A DNA stretch of 64,000 nt from a virus (Duplodnaviria; Caudoviricetes), in IMG/VR virus record IMGVR_UViG_3300010163_000002, positions 128,001-192,000 of that record; one strand, given 5' to 3'. A model generated the notes under the pieces. The model saw only the letters and a list, made by a program, of their open reading frames with translations. It was not told the DNA's origin and searched no databases. Of this stretch, positions 50,409 through 60,087 are shown piece by piece; within the stretch, counting starts at the first letter, position 1, and each line of letters begins with the position of its first letter. The position numbers and the translations under genes were made by a program.

Positions 50409-51185
50409 TTAGATGTTTTGGTTTGTAATAACACACATCTCTTTTAATGGGCCATTATGTCGTCCATTACTCTTAAGTTGGTCTATATGAGTTTTAATAT
50501 CTCCCCTAACTCTATCCTTTTCAGGAATATTATAAGATCCATTTACATTTACATACATTTTATGTACATTAAATATCTGCATTCTTTTTTGTTCAAGATT
50601 ATCCTTAACGGCTTGTTCTGCCGCATCAATAGCATCAAGCAATTCAGGATTAATATGGTTATAATACGATTCTATAAAAGCTCTATAGTTTCCTCTTACT
50701 TTATTAGTAGATATGTACATATAAGCGTTATGAACCGTATCATGCGGAGTTTTTGATAACGGAATCAATCCAACCCATGCTATATAATGAAGATACAAAA
50801 CTTCTTCTGCAACAGCATTAATATTCATATCTTCATTATTAGCGATTCTCTTTTTAACCACAATATTACAGATATCATATAATGTAAATGGAGAATGGTG
50901 AATTTCAATTTTTACCTTAGAACCCATTCTATTCGATGATACATTTTCTAAAACTGCACATTCTGTCATTCCTTCAATTCCTTTAAGATAACCAATGAAT
51001 CGTCTATATTCAAATGAATTTCTAACAATTCTTTCAAGATTATCTATATACTTATCAAACGATTTTGGATTGCTAAGATCATATGGCTCTTCATCATAAT
51101 CCGGCAACTCATTTATATTTATAATACTTTCACCGCCATCAGTGTATATATTATCTATTTTATTCATAGCTTCAACATTTATCAT
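50409..51185 (-). CDS. late protein with HNH-like His motifs (paralog of 28269-28892)
   Basis: VRNSFEY, IEIHHSPFTL, LHY...VGLIPLSKT.H..VH. Confidence 0.6.
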   Translation of the reverse strand: MINVEAMNKIDNIYTDGGESIININELPDYDEEPYDLSNPKSFDKYIDNLERIVRNSFEYRRFIGYLKGIEGMTECAVLENVSSNRMGSKVKIEIHHSPFTLYDICNIVVKKRIANNEDMNINAVAEEVLYLHYIAWVGLIPLSKTPHDTVHNAYMYISTNKVRGNYRAFIESYYNHINPELLDAIDAAEQAVKDNLEQKRMQIFNVHKMYVNVNGSYNIPEKDRVRGDIKTHIDQLKSNGRHNGPLKEMCVITNQNI

Positions 51186-51257
51186 ATTAGAACACCTCCT
51201 AATTATATAAATGTTTAAGCCTTTATATCAAGTTGCCCTTGATTTAAATGATTTATT

Positions 51258-51845
51258 TTATTTGATTTGAACATCTCTTGATAGATTATTGGATTTAGAA
51301 TATACTATCTTCTTTGATGACATTCTATAATATCTTGATGGCACGAATGTGTATTCGCTATGGCAAACTTTACATTTACACATTAGAGCATCAGGATTAC
51401 CATTTACTCTTTTAAAATCCATCATATCAGCACTATCGCATACTTGGCATTTAAATGCATTGATATCAACCAATCCAGCCATATTTACATCTTTATCTGT
51501 AGCTAAACATACATCCCTATTTATTGCAGGTTTATTATCCCCTGGCAAAGCTTCATATGTTTCTTTAAGCGCATTAAGGTTATTTATGATTTCTTTATAC
51601 TTCATTTCATGGGTGTATTTATATATATTCAAGTAAAACATATGATTTACATCCACAAATAAAATATACTCAGCATCTTTAACAGATTTAATGTGAATAT
51701 ATCCATCACTACCGACAGATTTTTCTACACTCCCATCAGAGTATACAGACTCTAATAGAGATAAATATTCTCTTCCTCCAATATTATTTTTTACATCCGT
51801 TACTTCGTATACGTCAAATAATTTACATACATTATCAAGTATCAT
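51258..51845 (-). CDS. Zn-ribbon hypothetical protein
   Basis: CQVC...CKVC. Confidence 0.65.
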   Translation of the reverse strand: MILDNVCKLFDVYEVTDVKNNIGGREYLSLLESVYSDGSVEKSVGSDGYIHIKSVKDAEYILFVDVNHMFYLNIYKYTHEMKYKEIINNLNALKETYEALPGDNKPAINRDVCLATDKDVNMAGLVDINAFKCQVCDSADMMDFKRVNGNPDALMCKCKVCHSEYTFVPSRYYRMSSKKIVYSKSNNLSRDVQIK

Positions 51846-52782
51846 CTGCCATGTCCTCCGGCCTCATATTTTCAGTTTCTTCATCGTCTTCAAGACGTTC
51901 ATCGATATCTTCATATATTACATCATCGTCAGCAATAGAAAATCTTTCATATTGCTGTTTAAAGATATCATCCAGTTTATCATCAGGCATTTTACCAACG
52001 TTGAAATCGTCATCATCTACACTTGGTTGACGATATAGAGGCTCAAGAATTATATCAATAATCCTATCAATTGGCTCATCGGTCATTTTTTCAATAATAT
52101 GATACTCTATATCATATTTATCAGGCATATAACCACTTTCAGCGCAATCTTTTAATAGATCATATAGTGGTTTACTAGTAACGTCGTTTTTATTTTCTAC
52201 TATAATGAAATTAGATATATCAATTATAGAAAATCCTTTAGGTAGATTCTCCATTAATACTAATGGATCGGTATATGCGTAGTCCAAGCGAGTTACCTGA
52301 ACATCAAATTTAGGTTTGATATTATTGTATTTGAATCTTCTTCTAATAATATGATCATCTATAAGAGATTCAAATTGCTTATTCGAACAATGTTCGGCAA
52401 TTTCTAATGATATTTTTTCAAGTATTGAATTACTAATATTACGAATATTATTATACATATTTTTCCAACCTGCTAGATCTCCTCCAATAAGTAAATAATA
52501 CTTTTTATGTATGATCCAAATAGGTTTACCGTTATCGTCTTTCATATCTGTTTCTTCATCATACGATGAAAATAAAGATTTACAGCGCATATTGCGGCAC
52601 CAGTGTACCCCCATAATAGCTTCTTGTAGTTCTATAACATCTTCAAAATAATCTGGGGTGTACGATATCAGCATCACCAAGTTATCTTCAGTATTCCATA
52701 TCGTATTGCAATAACAATATGAATCTTTTGATTCTATTTTAGCCCTCTTAAGAGAAAATTTCTTTATTAGTTTATTAAGCAT
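51835..52782 (-). CDS. hypothetical protein with acidic tail
   Basis: 315-aa ORF in an operon with thyA. Confidence 0.6.
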   Translation of the reverse strand: MLNKLIKKFSLKRAKIESKDSYCYCNTIWNTEDNLVMLISYTPDYFEDVIELQEAIMGVHWCRNMRCKSLFSSYDEETDMKDDNGKPIWIIHKKYYLLIGGDLAGWKNMYNNIRNISNSILEKISLEIAEHCSNKQFESLIDDHIIRRRFKYNNIKPKFDVQVTRLDYAYTDPLVLMENLPKGFSIIDISNFIIVENKNDVTSKPLYDLLKDCAESGYMPDKYDIEYHIIEKMTDEPIDRIIDIILEPLYRQPSVDDDDFNVGKMPDDKLDDIFKQQYERFSIADDDVIYEDIDERLEDDEETENMRPEDMADDT

Positions 52783-52805
52783 ATAATTATCCTCCTATAG
52801 GATTG

Positions 52806-53663
52806 TTATACAGCTAACGGGAAAAAAAGCTGTGGATTAACTTCTTTAATTTTATCAACTGGATAGTCAACGATTTTAATATCATCCGGTTCAAGGTCCC
52901 AAAATGATTTCTTATTAGGATTAATTTCCACATACGGATGGCATTCTACAGAATCCCTAGATAACATAATTGCAGCATTAACCATATGACGATCATAAAT
53001 CTGGGTATTCTGCATAAAATGAGTGAATATACCTGGTTTGTATCCAAAGTGATGGGCAACCATACACATAAATACAGCATACTGAACTTCATTTACCGTG
53101 CAACCAGCAGTCATATAATCTGTACTTCTTTGATACATTGTCATATCAAGATAATCCCCATCAGCACAATGCCTTATATTGAAATTGGTCTGGAAGCAGC
53201 AAGGTTTTAATCCATGCGGTTCTTTGAAATCTTCAACCTGCCAAAGATTAATAATATGGTATCTGCTATCTGGATTTTCTTCAATACCTTTAAGCAGATT
53301 TTCCATAAGATTATGCCGTCTTACAGTCTCTCCATAGCATGTTCCGATAGTATCATCAGGCAGTGCCCAATCATCCCACCAATTAATGCCATATACTTCA
53401 CGTAATCTTTTGAGGGAATTACTTGCATCTTTGTAAATCCAGAAAATCTCTTTGATGGCATTCTTGTATACTACCGGTCTTAATGTTATTAATGGAAATT
53501 CACCATTGCTTAAATCGTATTGTGTTATACATCCATTAATGCTTATTGCATGTGCAGGGGTACCATCCTTCCATTTAGGTCTAGGATTAATATCAACAGA
53601 TCCTTCTTTAATTATTTTGATTAAAATCTCTTTGCAATATTTGTCTGCTTTATTTGTTACCAT
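52806..53663 (-). CDS. thyA: thymidylate synthase (ThyA type)
   Basis: PDSR, LKPCC, YQRS.D, specificity Asn (NEVQY), IYDRH. Confidence 0.93.
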   Translation of the reverse strand: MVTNKADKYCKEILIKIIKEGSVDINPRPKWKDGTPAHAISINGCITQYDLSNGEFPLITLRPVVYKNAIKEIFWIYKDASNSLKRLREVYGINWWDDWALPDDTIGTCYGETVRRHNLMENLLKGIEENPDSRYHIINLWQVEDFKEPHGLKPCCFQTNFNIRHCADGDYLDMTMYQRSTDYMTAGCTVNEVQYAVFMCMVAHHFGYKPGIFTHFMQNTQIYDRHMVNAAIMLSRDSVECHPYVEINPNKKSFWDLEPDDIKIVDYPVDKIKEVNPQLFFPLAV

Positions 53664-53764
53664 TTTATTATCCTCCTTAAGATAAATATTTTTAATTTAA
53701 AGTAATAAATGTAATAATTTCTGAGTTTACATTACAGTAATTTTACGTATGGAGGAATAGAATT

Positions 53765-53983
53765 ATGGGTAATGGTATGCAACTTTATAGAATAACAAAT
53801 CTAAATAAAGATATAGAATTTTGGTACGCTATAATTGATTTAAATTTAAACCTCCATTACCGTATAGTAAATTTCACTGATGGCAAAATAATTCCTCATG
53901 AATTTAGAAATAAAGATGAAATAGAAAAATATTTAGATGGATTGATTAAATCAGAAATAATACTGGCATGGCAAAAGGCTTAG
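53765..53983 (+). CDS. small hypothetical protein
   Basis: GGAGG RBS; TACA-N6-TA at 53728. Confidence 0.6.
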   Translation: MGNGMQLYRITNLNKDIEFWYAIIDLNLNLHYRIVNFTDGKIIPHEFRNKDEIEKYLDGLIKSEIILAWQKA

Positions 53984-54021
53984 GATTTCCCATAGGGATA
54001 ACTCCCTATGGGAATTATTTT

Positions 54022-54414
54022 TCATATTCTTCCTTCGTGTTTTAAATCATACAATGCTGTATGTATAAGACTGTGAATATAACTATCAAGATCTGGATTA
54101 GCGTCTTTGAGAGCTTTAATCATTTTAGACGGTAAAGCTTGTAATGTTTTTGTCTTTGCTAAATCTTCAACATATTGTTTACTTTCATCAGTCCATTGAT
54201 CTGTGCCTTTGATGTGTTTTACATAGTTTTCATACACACTTTTAACTGATTTCTTAACCTCTACATAAAGAATTTTTTGGTATTGATCAATTTTACGGTC
54301 TTTAACGTTATTCCCAATAGCATTAACTGTCCATGTTAAAATAGGAATAAATATTATAGTCCATATGGTTGACAATATTTCAGAGTAGTTAATATAGTCT
54401 GTCACGTTTTTCAC
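54022..54414 (-). CDS. single-TM holin-like protein
   Basis: N-terminal TM, V..V...YV..IKG...W..E...A..K pattern; divergent from the endolysin. Confidence 0.55.
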   Translation of the reverse strand: MKNVTDYINYSEILSTIWTIIFIPILTWTVNAIGNNVKDRKIDQYQKILYVEVKKSVKSVYENYVKHIKGTDQWTDESKQYVEDLAKTKTLQALPSKMIKALKDANPDLDSYIHSLIHTALYDLKHEGRI

Positions 54415-54498
54415 CTCCGATTTTTGTATACTTACTATTTTGTTTGGGTATTAAAATGCCAGACATCTTAATAAAATATATAAAGGAGGTAGTTCTAT

Positions 54499-55587
54499 AT
54501 GTTGAAAGGTATAGACGTAAGTACGTGGAATGGCAAGATTAATTGGGCTAGCATGAAAAGTAAAATTAATTTTGCAATGATCAGATTGGGATATGTTAAG
54601 GGTACTAAGAAAATCGATGATAGAGCTTTGTATAACATGTCTGAATGCGACCGTTTAGGAATTCCTTACGGATTGTATTTATATAGTTATGCATTGAATG
54701 AATCCCAGGTAATAATTGAAGCTAACCACGCAATTGATGTAGCTAAAAAGGGTAATCCTGTTCTTGGTATTTATTTTGATATGGAGGATGCTGATGGATA
54801 TAAAGCAAAGAATAATATGAATCCATACAATAATGGAGCCAAGCTTGCAGGATTCTGTAAGACGTTTATAAGAATTGTTAAAAATGCCGGATATGAATCT
54901 GGAGTTTATGCAAATACAGATTACTTGAATAATGTAATTGGTAAAACTGGATTTGAACATATCTGGGTAGCATCATGGAAAGCAAATAATGGCCCTCAGG
55001 ATTGTCCTAAGGGATATAATGCAGAAATTTGGCAGTATACAGATAATGCTACCATTGATGGCAAGAGATTTGACTGCAATTATTATATCAATGAAAGTAG
55101 ATTCAAAACCCTTACGACTAAAAAAGAATCAGATAAGGAATCTGTTAAAGAAGAAGCCGTTACCAAACCATCAAAACCTGCAACTACAACAGTTCTTAAA
55201 CATAAGGTAGGAGAAACAGTATCATATAATAAGATTTACATTTCTGAAGACGATCCGTCTAGCGGAGCTAAGCCTTATTATAAATCCGGAAAAATTACTA
55301 AGATTTTCCCTAATAGTAAGCATCCATATCTTATTGGTGCTGGTATTGGATTCGTTGATGATAACTGCATTACAAGTGGAGCAAGTTCTAATACTACATT
55401 CAAAAAGGGAGATAAAGTAAAACTTAAAAAGGGATCTACTTGGTATAATGGTACAAAGGTCGCGAGCTTTGTATTTAATGTAACTCTATACGTAATTGGT
55501 CAGGATAGCCGTGGTGTATTGGTTAGCACTTCTAAAGGCGGAGCATGCACAGGGGTTGTAAAACCTGATAGACTTAGTAAAGTTTGA
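54499..55587 (+). CDS. endolysin, GH25 muramidase with C-terminal cell-wall-binding domains
   Basis: GIDVSTWNG.INW, IPYG.Y.YSYA, YFDMED, W.A.W, IWQYT, D.N. Confidence 0.92.
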   Translation: MLKGIDVSTWNGKINWASMKSKINFAMIRLGYVKGTKKIDDRALYNMSECDRLGIPYGLYLYSYALNESQVIIEANHAIDVAKKGNPVLGIYFDMEDADGYKAKNNMNPYNNGAKLAGFCKTFIRIVKNAGYESGVYANTDYLNNVIGKTGFEHIWVASWKANNGPQDCPKGYNAEIWQYTDNATIDGKRFDCNYYINESRFKTLTTKKESDKESVKEEAVTKPSKPATTTVLKHKVGETVSYNKIYISEDDPSSGAKPYYKSGKITKIFPNSKHPYLIGAGIGFVDDNCITSGASSNTTFKKGDKVKLKKGSTWYNGTKVASFVFNVTLYVIGQDSRGVLVSTSKGGACTGVVKPDRLSKV

Positions 55588-55601
55588 TAAAAAATAAATG
55601 G

Positions 55602-55625
55602 CAGTCAGGGAGAAATCCCTGACTG
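55602..55625. terminator. terminator hairpin
   Basis: CAGTCAGGGA-GAAA-TCCCTGACTG followed by TTATTCTTTT. Confidence 0.8.
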
Positions 55626-55691
55626 TTATTCTTTTCCAAAATTGGTAAAATTTTCCTTTTTACAACGTTATCAACATTATGCATTTTAGGA

Positions 55692-55715
55692 TAACATTCT
55701 TGCCAGAAAGTTAAC
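55692..55715. repeat. 24-bp quasi-palindromic dispersed repeat, copy 2
   Basis: Identical to 2929-2952. Confidence 0.85.
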
Positions 55716-55771
55716 GAAATATTCGTTATATCTCTTTATTTGCCGTTGTTAAAGCCCATATTGCGTTATGA

Positions 55772-58177
55772 TCTGATGAGATTGCCGCCATAAACAAGAG
55801 AATTGGGAATCTGTTTTTGGGAATCGAAGACGGAGAAATTTCCAATTTAAAGGAAGCAGAGCTTGTCGATATCAGAACTCCGTTTAGAGATCTTGTTGGC
55901 GATGAGGTTGAATATACAAATGCTGGCGATGCTGTCAGAGGGCAGATCGAAGCATTATATAATATAACAAAAGGCGCTGCTGATCCAGATAAATTCTCTC
56001 ATATTATTTCTCCTGTAATGGTCATGGAAGATATCAATAGTGCCACCGGAGATAAATATGAGTCTATTATTGAAATAGACTATTCTGGGCTTGTTGCAAA
56101 AAATACTGGAGATTCTGGCATATACACTGGAGTATTTGATGAATTGCTTAGTTTGTTATCATCTAATCGTATTAGATTGAAGTTATTTAATTCTAAAGGA
56201 ATTATTGACGCTTATATTAATCATAATGGTATTACTGTTAATACATGTGATGGTATGAGCGAAAAACTTACTAGCATCAGATCACTCCTTGTAGAATCAG
56301 TCCATAAGATCTATATTCAGATTGGTATTGCCGGAGCTAATTCTGCTGGAAATTCTGATGGTAAAGTTTTTGCTCTTGTTGATATTGCTGATACAGGAGA
56401 AACAATTAAATCTTTTGAAGCTAATGGAGTTAATATAAAGATTATTCCTCATAGCGAAGATCATGCAATATATACTCCTAGTTCTTATGATAGAGAAACT
56501 ACAGTGAGCTGTTCAAAACCTGTAGTACAGATAGATACTGATAATATAGATTCATATATTGAAACTCCATATGATTGGGCTAATGTAACACCAAAAGCCA
56601 ATCAGTGGGCCACAATATTTTCTATTGTTTCAAAGTCTACGGCTGTAGGAAGCGATCCGAGGACAGTTATCGGTTCATTGAAGCATAGATTGTATTTGAA
56701 ATATAAAGAAGCAATGTGCGTTGCTGACCTTATAGTGTATAAAGAGGCAGATACTTTTAAACAGAAGATTTCTATTATACGTAAAGATGCTCTGTTCTCT
56801 CAGTATATAACAGATATCAGATTTGGATGGTGTATGCAGGACGATACTTCATGTATAGTTGTTCAGGCATTATGTAAAGACTCTTCTGTAGAAGCCGAAT
56901 CTTTATATGTAGCGGCGGATTATCTTTCCAACACTAACGTTACATATGATTTTTCATCTGAATTGACAATAGATGAAACTTATCCGGTATATTCTTCTAC
57001 GATCACAAGTGCTGCTGTAGAAGAAGTAACCTCTGCAAACATTGCAGAGTATATTCCTGATATTCCTGTACCCGAGCAGTTAAGAGAATATGTTGTTACT
57101 ACAAATGGTTCATATACTGTAAATCAAAATACTAAAAATATTCCATTAGTAGAAGTTGTTGATAGTGTATCAACAAATAATTCCAAATTGGATACTATAC
57201 TCGGAGAATTTCGTAGTAGATTTAATTTAAATAATACTACTGAGATTATACTTAAAAAGAGCGGAAGCAGTGTTCAATCATCAATTATTAACAATGAGAG
57301 TGCATTACCGTATAATAATCTGAGTTATAATGTGTATTCAGATGGAACTAATAGAATTGGTATTATTTATTTGGAACTTCCTAAAGCTGTAGCAACAAAT
57401 ACTATTTATAGCATTTCGTTTGTTACAGATGTGACAAGTGGAGGAAAAACTCTTAAACAATTAGAGGCTGAAGGGATTAAGTTCAATATAATTGGAAAAG
57501 ACTCCACGTCTCAGACTAAATATAATAATTATATTTTAGCGTCCACAGCGGGCAGTATCAGCAATACAAAAATCTTTAGCATAGATTTAAGCACACTGAT
57601 CTATACTGTTAAGAATACCACGTTTGATGAGCATACTAGCGCCCTTCAGGATCAGATTACGGCGTTAGCTGCAAGAAAAACTGCATTCATAGCCAGTGTA
57701 GATCTTGTTATTCCAACAACAGGTTGGGTGGCTGATACCGATACGAATGAGGTATATGCTCTTTGTGTAGATATGGCTTCAGAAATAATCAAAGAAGACA
57801 TGATTCCTATATTAACAATACACCCATCTGGTGATGAGATTGCTAGAGAGTGTGATATGAGTACTGCAGCAAGAACTATTGATGGAGCTCTAAGAGTTTA
57901 TGCGCAAAAAGCTCCCGCTGAAAATATTAATTGTAGTTTAACATTGCTTGCTGTTGGAGGATCTACTGGGGGGAATGGTGAAGGCGGAACCTATGTATTA
58001 CCAACTGCAACTGCGACACGGCTTGGTGGAGTAAAAATTGGAGATGGAATAGATGCAAATAGTGATGGAACTATATCTGTTGACAGTAATGCTGTAGCAG
58101 AAAAAGTAATAGCATCTCCAGAAGAAGTTAAAGCGATGTTGGAAGAAGTTCATAAAGATGAAACTGTTACAAGTTGA
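55772..58177 (+). CDS. tail-fibre-related protein, apparently 5'-truncated
   Basis: Open frame from 55772 with no RBS; AELVDIR...AGDAVRGQ repeat shared with 6869-8095; C-terminal IPTTGW domain and YVLPTAT.TRLGGVKIG motif. Confidence 0.7.
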   Translation, partial: SDEIAAINKRIGNLFLGIEDGEISNLKEAELVDIRTPFRDLVGDEVEYTNAGDAVRGQIEALYNITKGAADPDKFSHIISPVMVMEDINSATGDKYESIIEIDYSGLVAKNTGDSGIYTGVFDELLSLLSSNRIRLKLFNSKGIIDAYINHNGITVNTCDGMSEKLTSIRSLLVESVHKIYIQIGIAGANSAGNSDGKVFALVDIADTGETIKSFEANGVNIKIIPHSEDHAIYTPSSYDRETTVSCSKPVVQIDTDNIDSYIETPYDWANVTPKANQWATIFSIVSKSTAVGSDPRTVIGSLKHRLYLKYKEAMCVADLIVYKEADTFKQKISIIRKDALFSQYITDIRFGWCMQDDTSCIVVQALCKDSSVEAESLYVAADYLSNTNVTYDFSSELTIDETYPVYSSTITSAAVEEVTSANIAEYIPDIPVPEQLREYVVTTNGSYTVNQNTKNIPLVEVVDSVSTNNSKLDTILGEFRSRFNLNNTTEIILKKSGSSVQSSIINNESALPYNNLSYNVYSDGTNRIGIIYLELPKAVATNTIYSISFVTDVTSGGKTLKQLEAEGIKFNIIGKDSTSQTKYNNYILASTAGSISNTKIFSIDLSTLIYTVKNTTFDEHTSALQDQITALAARKTAFIASVDLVIPTTGWVADTDTNEVYALCVDMASEIIKEDMIPILTIHPSGDEIARECDMSTAARTIDGALRVYAQKAPAENINCSLTLLAVGGSTGGNGEGGTYVLPTATATRLGGVKIGDGIDANSDGTISVDSNAVAEKVIASPEEVKAMLEEVHKDETVTS

Positions 58178-58235
58178 TTTTACCGAGTTAGCCGCTCGAT
58201 AAAATAAAAATTTTAAATCTAAGGAGGAAAAAATA

Positions 58236-59090
58236 ATGGCTGAAACTAGACTTACATTAGACGCGCTAAGAGAGATGGCGGAGGACGCCAAGAAGCGATA
58301 TACTACTAAAACTGAGCATAATGCGCTGAAAACACAGGTTGAAAATCTTGTAACTGCAGGCGGTGAACCGAATAAGCTGGAAGGCGTAAAGGTTAATGGA
58401 ACTGCTCTTACCATTGCAGAAAAGATGGTTGATATCTTGATTGGTCAGGGTGCAGCAAACGGCGCAGTATCTGTAAATGGTGTAGACGTAATGGTTAAAG
58501 GCCTTGCTGCACTGGCATTCAAGGCAAATGTATCTGAATCTGATCTTGATGCTGCTCTTAAGGCAGTGCTTGACGGTAAGGCCGCAGGTACAGATGTTGA
58601 GGCTCTTTCCGGTAAAGTTACAACTCTTATTGGAACAGATGCAAACAAATCTGCTCGTACTATTGCAAATGAAGAACTTGCAAAACAGCTTATTCCGGAT
58701 AACGCTAAGGAGAGTCTTGATACACTAGCTGAGATCGCAGCATGGATTCAGGATCATCCGGATGATGCTTCAGCAATGAATACTGCTATTACTTCACTGC
58801 AGAGTCTGGTTGGTAAACTGCCGGAAGGTGCAACAAGCACTACAATTGTAGACTACATTTCTGAAGCAATCACAAAGGCTGAATACAAGCATCCAACTCA
58901 CACAGCTTATACAAGTGGTCTGTATAAGGTTACTGTAGATGGCAATGGCCATGTTACAGCAGCAGATGCTGTTAAGAAAGAAGATATTACTTCTCTTGGT
59001 ATTCCTGCGCAGGATACAACCTATGAAGCAACTACACTAGCAGAAGTCAAGGCAATGCTGGCAGAAGTTTACGGTGAAACAACTGCGTAA
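58236..59090 (+). CDS. tail-fibre protein
   Basis: GGEPN.LE.VKVNG, ESLDTL.EIAAWI..H, YKVTVD..GHVT fibre motifs. Confidence 0.7.
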   Translation: MAETRLTLDALREMAEDAKKRYTTKTEHNALKTQVENLVTAGGEPNKLEGVKVNGTALTIAEKMVDILIGQGAANGAVSVNGVDVMVKGLAALAFKANVSESDLDAALKAVLDGKAAGTDVEALSGKVTTLIGTDANKSARTIANEELAKQLIPDNAKESLDTLAEIAAWIQDHPDDASAMNTAITSLQSLVGKLPEGATSTTIVDYISEAITKAEYKHPTHTAYTSGLYKVTVDGNGHVTAADAVKKEDITSLGIPAQDTTYEATTLAEVKAMLAEVYGETTA

Positions 59091-59152
59091 TTCCATATTC
59101 TGGTTAGCCGGGGATTATATCCCCGGCTTACTGTTAAGGAGGTGACGCATAA

Positions 59153-60073
59153 TTGAGCGCGAAAAAGTTAGACATACTGGAGTTATTTAAAGAATGTGCC
59201 AATAAATCCAAACAGTATTGTCTAGATAAGGTAGATGCTTTAACTCTAGCTACATATCAGAGTATTACAGAATTGACAGATCGAATTAAGGGCTATTTAC
59301 CTTTAGCCGGAGGAACAGTAGATGGAAATACGATATTTAAAAAAGTCGTATACACGCATCACGCTGTAGGAACATCTGCCACAGCAGGCTATGTAAAAAT
59401 AGCTCAAATCAAAATTACTAATAATTATCAAAATATTCCTCTTATCTTTGAAGTGGTGAACCGTAATAGCCGTTTTCCAATGCATCTATTTTTACAATTT
59501 AACTCAGAAAATAATGTTGATCCGGCCATCGGTTCATTTACATATTTTGGCGCTAATATTGGCGCATATATTATTAAATCTGCTGCAAGCACATGGGATT
59601 TATATATCAAGAAATCTGAAGCTTATGATAATATCGGTATAACAAGATATACGACAAATGCTAATTACATGGCTGGCGTTACAGTTACTTGGACAGATGT
59701 TCATGCTAATAGTTTACCATCCGGGTGCACTACGGCAACAGTTGCAGCTATGAATATTGCAGGAACATTATCAACAGCCGATAGAGATAAATTAGATAAA
59801 CTTGCTGTACCATCCGGTGTGAATATAACCGTTCCAACTACAGGATGGGATAGTGATAGTTCAGCATATCCTAAATATTATGACATTGCTGTCAGTGGAG
59901 TAACGAATAAAGATCGTGCGGATATTATAGTTGCTCAAGCTAGTTTGGATACGATTGAAAAATGTGGATTGTATTCAATTACCGAAACACTTGCTGGTAA
60001 AATCAGAATACGTGCTACTAGTGTACCAACAGCAACAATATCTATGCAGTACTGGATTACTAAAGGACAGTAA
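59153..60073 (+). CDS. tail-fibre protein
   Basis: YLPLAGGT, S..D..KLD, C-terminal VPTTGW...ET.AG.IR.RA..VP domain. Confidence 0.7.
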   Translation: MSAKKLDILELFKECANKSKQYCLDKVDALTLATYQSITELTDRIKGYLPLAGGTVDGNTIFKKVVYTHHAVGTSATAGYVKIAQIKITNNYQNIPLIFEVVNRNSRFPMHLFLQFNSENNVDPAIGSFTYFGANIGAYIIKSAASTWDLYIKKSEAYDNIGITRYTTNANYMAGVTVTWTDVHANSLPSGCTTATVAAMNIAGTLSTADRDKLDKLAVPSGVNITVPTTGWDSDSSAYPKYYDIAVSGVTNKDRADIIVAQASLDTIEKCGLYSITETLAGKIRIRATSVPTATISMQYWITKGQ

Positions 60074-60087
60074 GAAAGGAGTACAAT

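Noticed and set aside
52806-53663. dCMP hydroxymethylase or other base-modification enzyme
   Set aside because: The specificity residue is Asn (dUMP type), a DHFR is present, and no modification cluster is visible in this window.
55712-55771. TGA readthrough extending the tail gene upstream
   Set aside because: The upstream frame closes at TAA 55712, has no start codon with an RBS, and shows no similarity to the paralog.
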